Assembly (NCBI GenBank): GCA_040285855.1
Contig: JAUFOQ010000010.1
Coordinates: 248,001 to 312,000 of the forward strand
Direction: 5' to 3'
Length of the DNA stretch: 64,000 nucleotides
Source of the DNA: Eukaryota sp. GEM-RC1
Taxonomy: Eukaryota
Below are positions 61,601 to 64,000 of the stretch, piece after piece. The notes under the pieces are model-generated. The model saw only the letters and a list, made by a program, of their open reading frames with translations. It was not told where the DNA came from and ran no database searches. Both the position numbers and the translations under genes were made by a program. Each line of letters opens with the position of its first letter. The first letter of the stretch is position 1.

Positions 61601-64000
61601 GTGTTTCATCAGTTGAAACAATTCGTAGTCTCAACCAGAACCTAGGGTTCGAATCTAAAGGTAACAATCCTTTATGTATTCGATTGTTAATCAACAATGT
61701 ACCAGTAGTAGGAGAATTTGACTCAGCAGCATCATGTTCAGTCATTTCTCAAGATTTGATACGCTACTGTGAGATGACAACTACTGAAATAATAAACCAT
61801 ATGGCTTTAGACTTACCTGATACTGATAAGAACATTATCATATCCACAGATGCATCCGACATTGCTGTTGGTGGTGTGATCTGGCAGGAAGAAAATCCTC
61901 CAGCTCCTCCAGGAACTCCGTTAGAAGAACGTAGAGTTAGACCTGAATCGTTTTATAGCCGTTTACTCAATGATAGTCAACAGATTTGGGCAGCTATCCA
62001 GAAAGAGCTGTATGCCATTCTCTTGATTCTGACCGAATCTAGTTTAGAAAGTTTCCTATTAAGTAGGCATTTGACGATCTTTACAGATCATAGGAACCTT
62101 GCTTATCTGATTTCAGCTCCAGAGAAGAATCGTATTGTCAAACGATGGATTCCAATTTTCTCGGAGTTTGATTTTGAGATAGAACATGTAGCTGGTACAA
62201 ACAATCAATGGGCTGACATGTTATCACGTGTCATTGACCGTCGCCCAGTTGAAACAATCAAATCTCTGTTGATCTCAAATCATACCATCAGAAATGATAT
62301 AATTCTTTCTCACGAAGGGTTAATCTATGATGAAGCTGATTACGTTGAGATGCTTCCTTGTAACACCAACATACTAGCTATCAAGAGTCTACAAGACCTC
62401 TCAACTTACAATAAATTGCCTTTATTTGATTCTTGGTTATCAACCATTCGAGCTGAACAACATAAAGCTATCAATGAAGGAGATCAACTGTTTCACGATT
62501 CAACACTGTGTACTATGAGCAATGTATACATCAACTCCAAGAACAAGATTTTGATTCCATCTAGTTTGAGAACGAAAGTTTTTTACATGCTACATGGATT
62601 AGTCCAGTCAGGACATCCAAACAAGAAACGAAGTTTGGAAATATTGTTCAATAGTGGTTACTTTTGGCCAAGTATGAAAGCTGACATGGTAAAACATGTT
62701 AAGCAATGCCCTGCGTGTCAGAAAACGGCACCTGTCCCTAAAAAGATAATTGAATCGACGGGTTCTCTATGGGCTGATAGACCTTTTGCTAGACTTAATG
62801 TCGACACAATTGGTCCACTTCCAAAAGATCAAAATGGAAACCAATTCCTATTGGTGTTTGTAGATTCTTTCACCAGATACACCATTTTGAGCCCCCTCGA
62901 AGAACTTAACAGTAGAGAAGTAGCATATCGTCTTGTGTGGGATGTGATTGCTATCTTTGGAATACCGTTTAGTATACATAGTGATAATGGTACCGAGTTT
63001 GCCAATGCTATTTTCGAGGCAATATGTAACCTACTGGCGATTGAAGTAAGTCGTTCGATTCCTCATTTCTCCCAGAGTAATGGACTGGTGGAACGACGTC
63101 ACAGAGACGTTCTGCAAAGCCTACGTCGGCTTCTTGTGGACTTCAATGATTATGACAATTGGTCAACGTACATTCCAACTGTACAATTGCAAATCAACGC
63201 AACGAATAGTTCTGTGACTGGGCACTCACCTTATGAATTGATGTTTGGTAGTGACATAAGTCCTGGTGCAGATCCTAGTAATTTACTAGCTGCTGTTGAG
63301 AAATCAACAAAGAATGTTCCGTTTATTAACGACATTAAAATGAAACTGGATCGTCTTACTAAAAAGAGAGAAGAGGCAGAGGTTCGTCAATCGAGACTCA
63401 AGCCAAAGAAGAAGTCTGGCCCCAGTCAATCATTCAATGTTGGAGACCTTGTTTTAAAAGCATCCAAAACTAGTAAGCTTCATGGTAATTACACTGGACC
63501 TTATTTAGTTGTCTCAATTGATTCGAAATCGTCAGTTTCCTTAAAGAATCTGATCACTGGATATGTTAGTAAGACTAGCATTTATCAATGTAAGATCTTT
63601 CAATCAGGTCTACCTGCTGATCATGATCTCCACAGAGCAATTGCTTCTGGGGATTCTGAAGAACACATCGTGGTTAAGATCCTAGATAGGTTCAATACAC
63701 CCGATGGTGAACATTGTACTGTACTTTGGTTTGGTGGTGATACTTCATCAGTTCCCACCAAGGACATTAAGAACACCAACGCGTATAGTGAATTTGTAAA
63801 ATTAGAAAATGTAGATTTATTTTGTAATAGTAGAAACGTAGCTAAGAGTAAGCCCACTAAGCTTAAACGTACCTCAAGTAGTATGAGTATTCCAAAGTCA
63901 TCGTCTGTAGTTAAGACACCTGTAGCTAAGAGGACAAGGAGCTCAAGAAGAGAGAAGAGGTAATGTTAGCCACAGGTGTTAGTGAAGTGTTACTAGTACG
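58682..64000 (+). mobile_element. Ty3/gypsy chromovirus-like element lacking RT (3' LTR cut by the window end)
   Basis: LTR TGTTAGCCACAGG... at 58682 and 63964; PPT AAGAAGAGAGAAGAGG; gag knuckle CFKCGKKGHYAPDC (frameshifted); protease FDSAA followed directly by RNase H TDASD; integrase; GPY; chromodomain-like tail. Confidence 0.93.

Overview
AT-rich eukaryotic DNA, probably from a protist: the EF-1alpha lacks the animal/fungal insertion and introns appear to be only 24-31 nt. There are a few host genes: a TTC4/CNS1-like gene, a Yos1/IER3IP1-like gene, EF-1alpha and two hypothetical genes. These sit among a family of RNI-like LRR paralogues, some of which lie in a large inverted duplication. 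Transposons are dense: hAT, Tc1 and MULE non-autonomous elements with TIRs and TSDs, CRE-like RLE non-LTR retrotransposons ending in oligo-T, and two chromodomain Ty3/gypsy elements with very short LTRs. The top candidate for a new system is a Fanzor1 (eukaryotic TnpB-like RNA-guided nuclease) at ~6.0-9.1 kb. It lies in the same reading frame as, and directly behind, an intact family-B DNA polymerase 3'-5' exonuclease domain, suggesting a now stop-interrupted Exo-Fanzor fusion followed by hairpins typical of an omegaRNA. A second, divergent Fanzor 3' remnant lies on the minus strand at ~56.8-57.1 kb. Once an inserted LTR element is removed, it is followed by a highly structured GC-rich segment. 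Many frameshifts fall in homopolymers, even in EF-1alpha, and may be assembly errors. All family calls come from motif recognition by eye; no searches were run.
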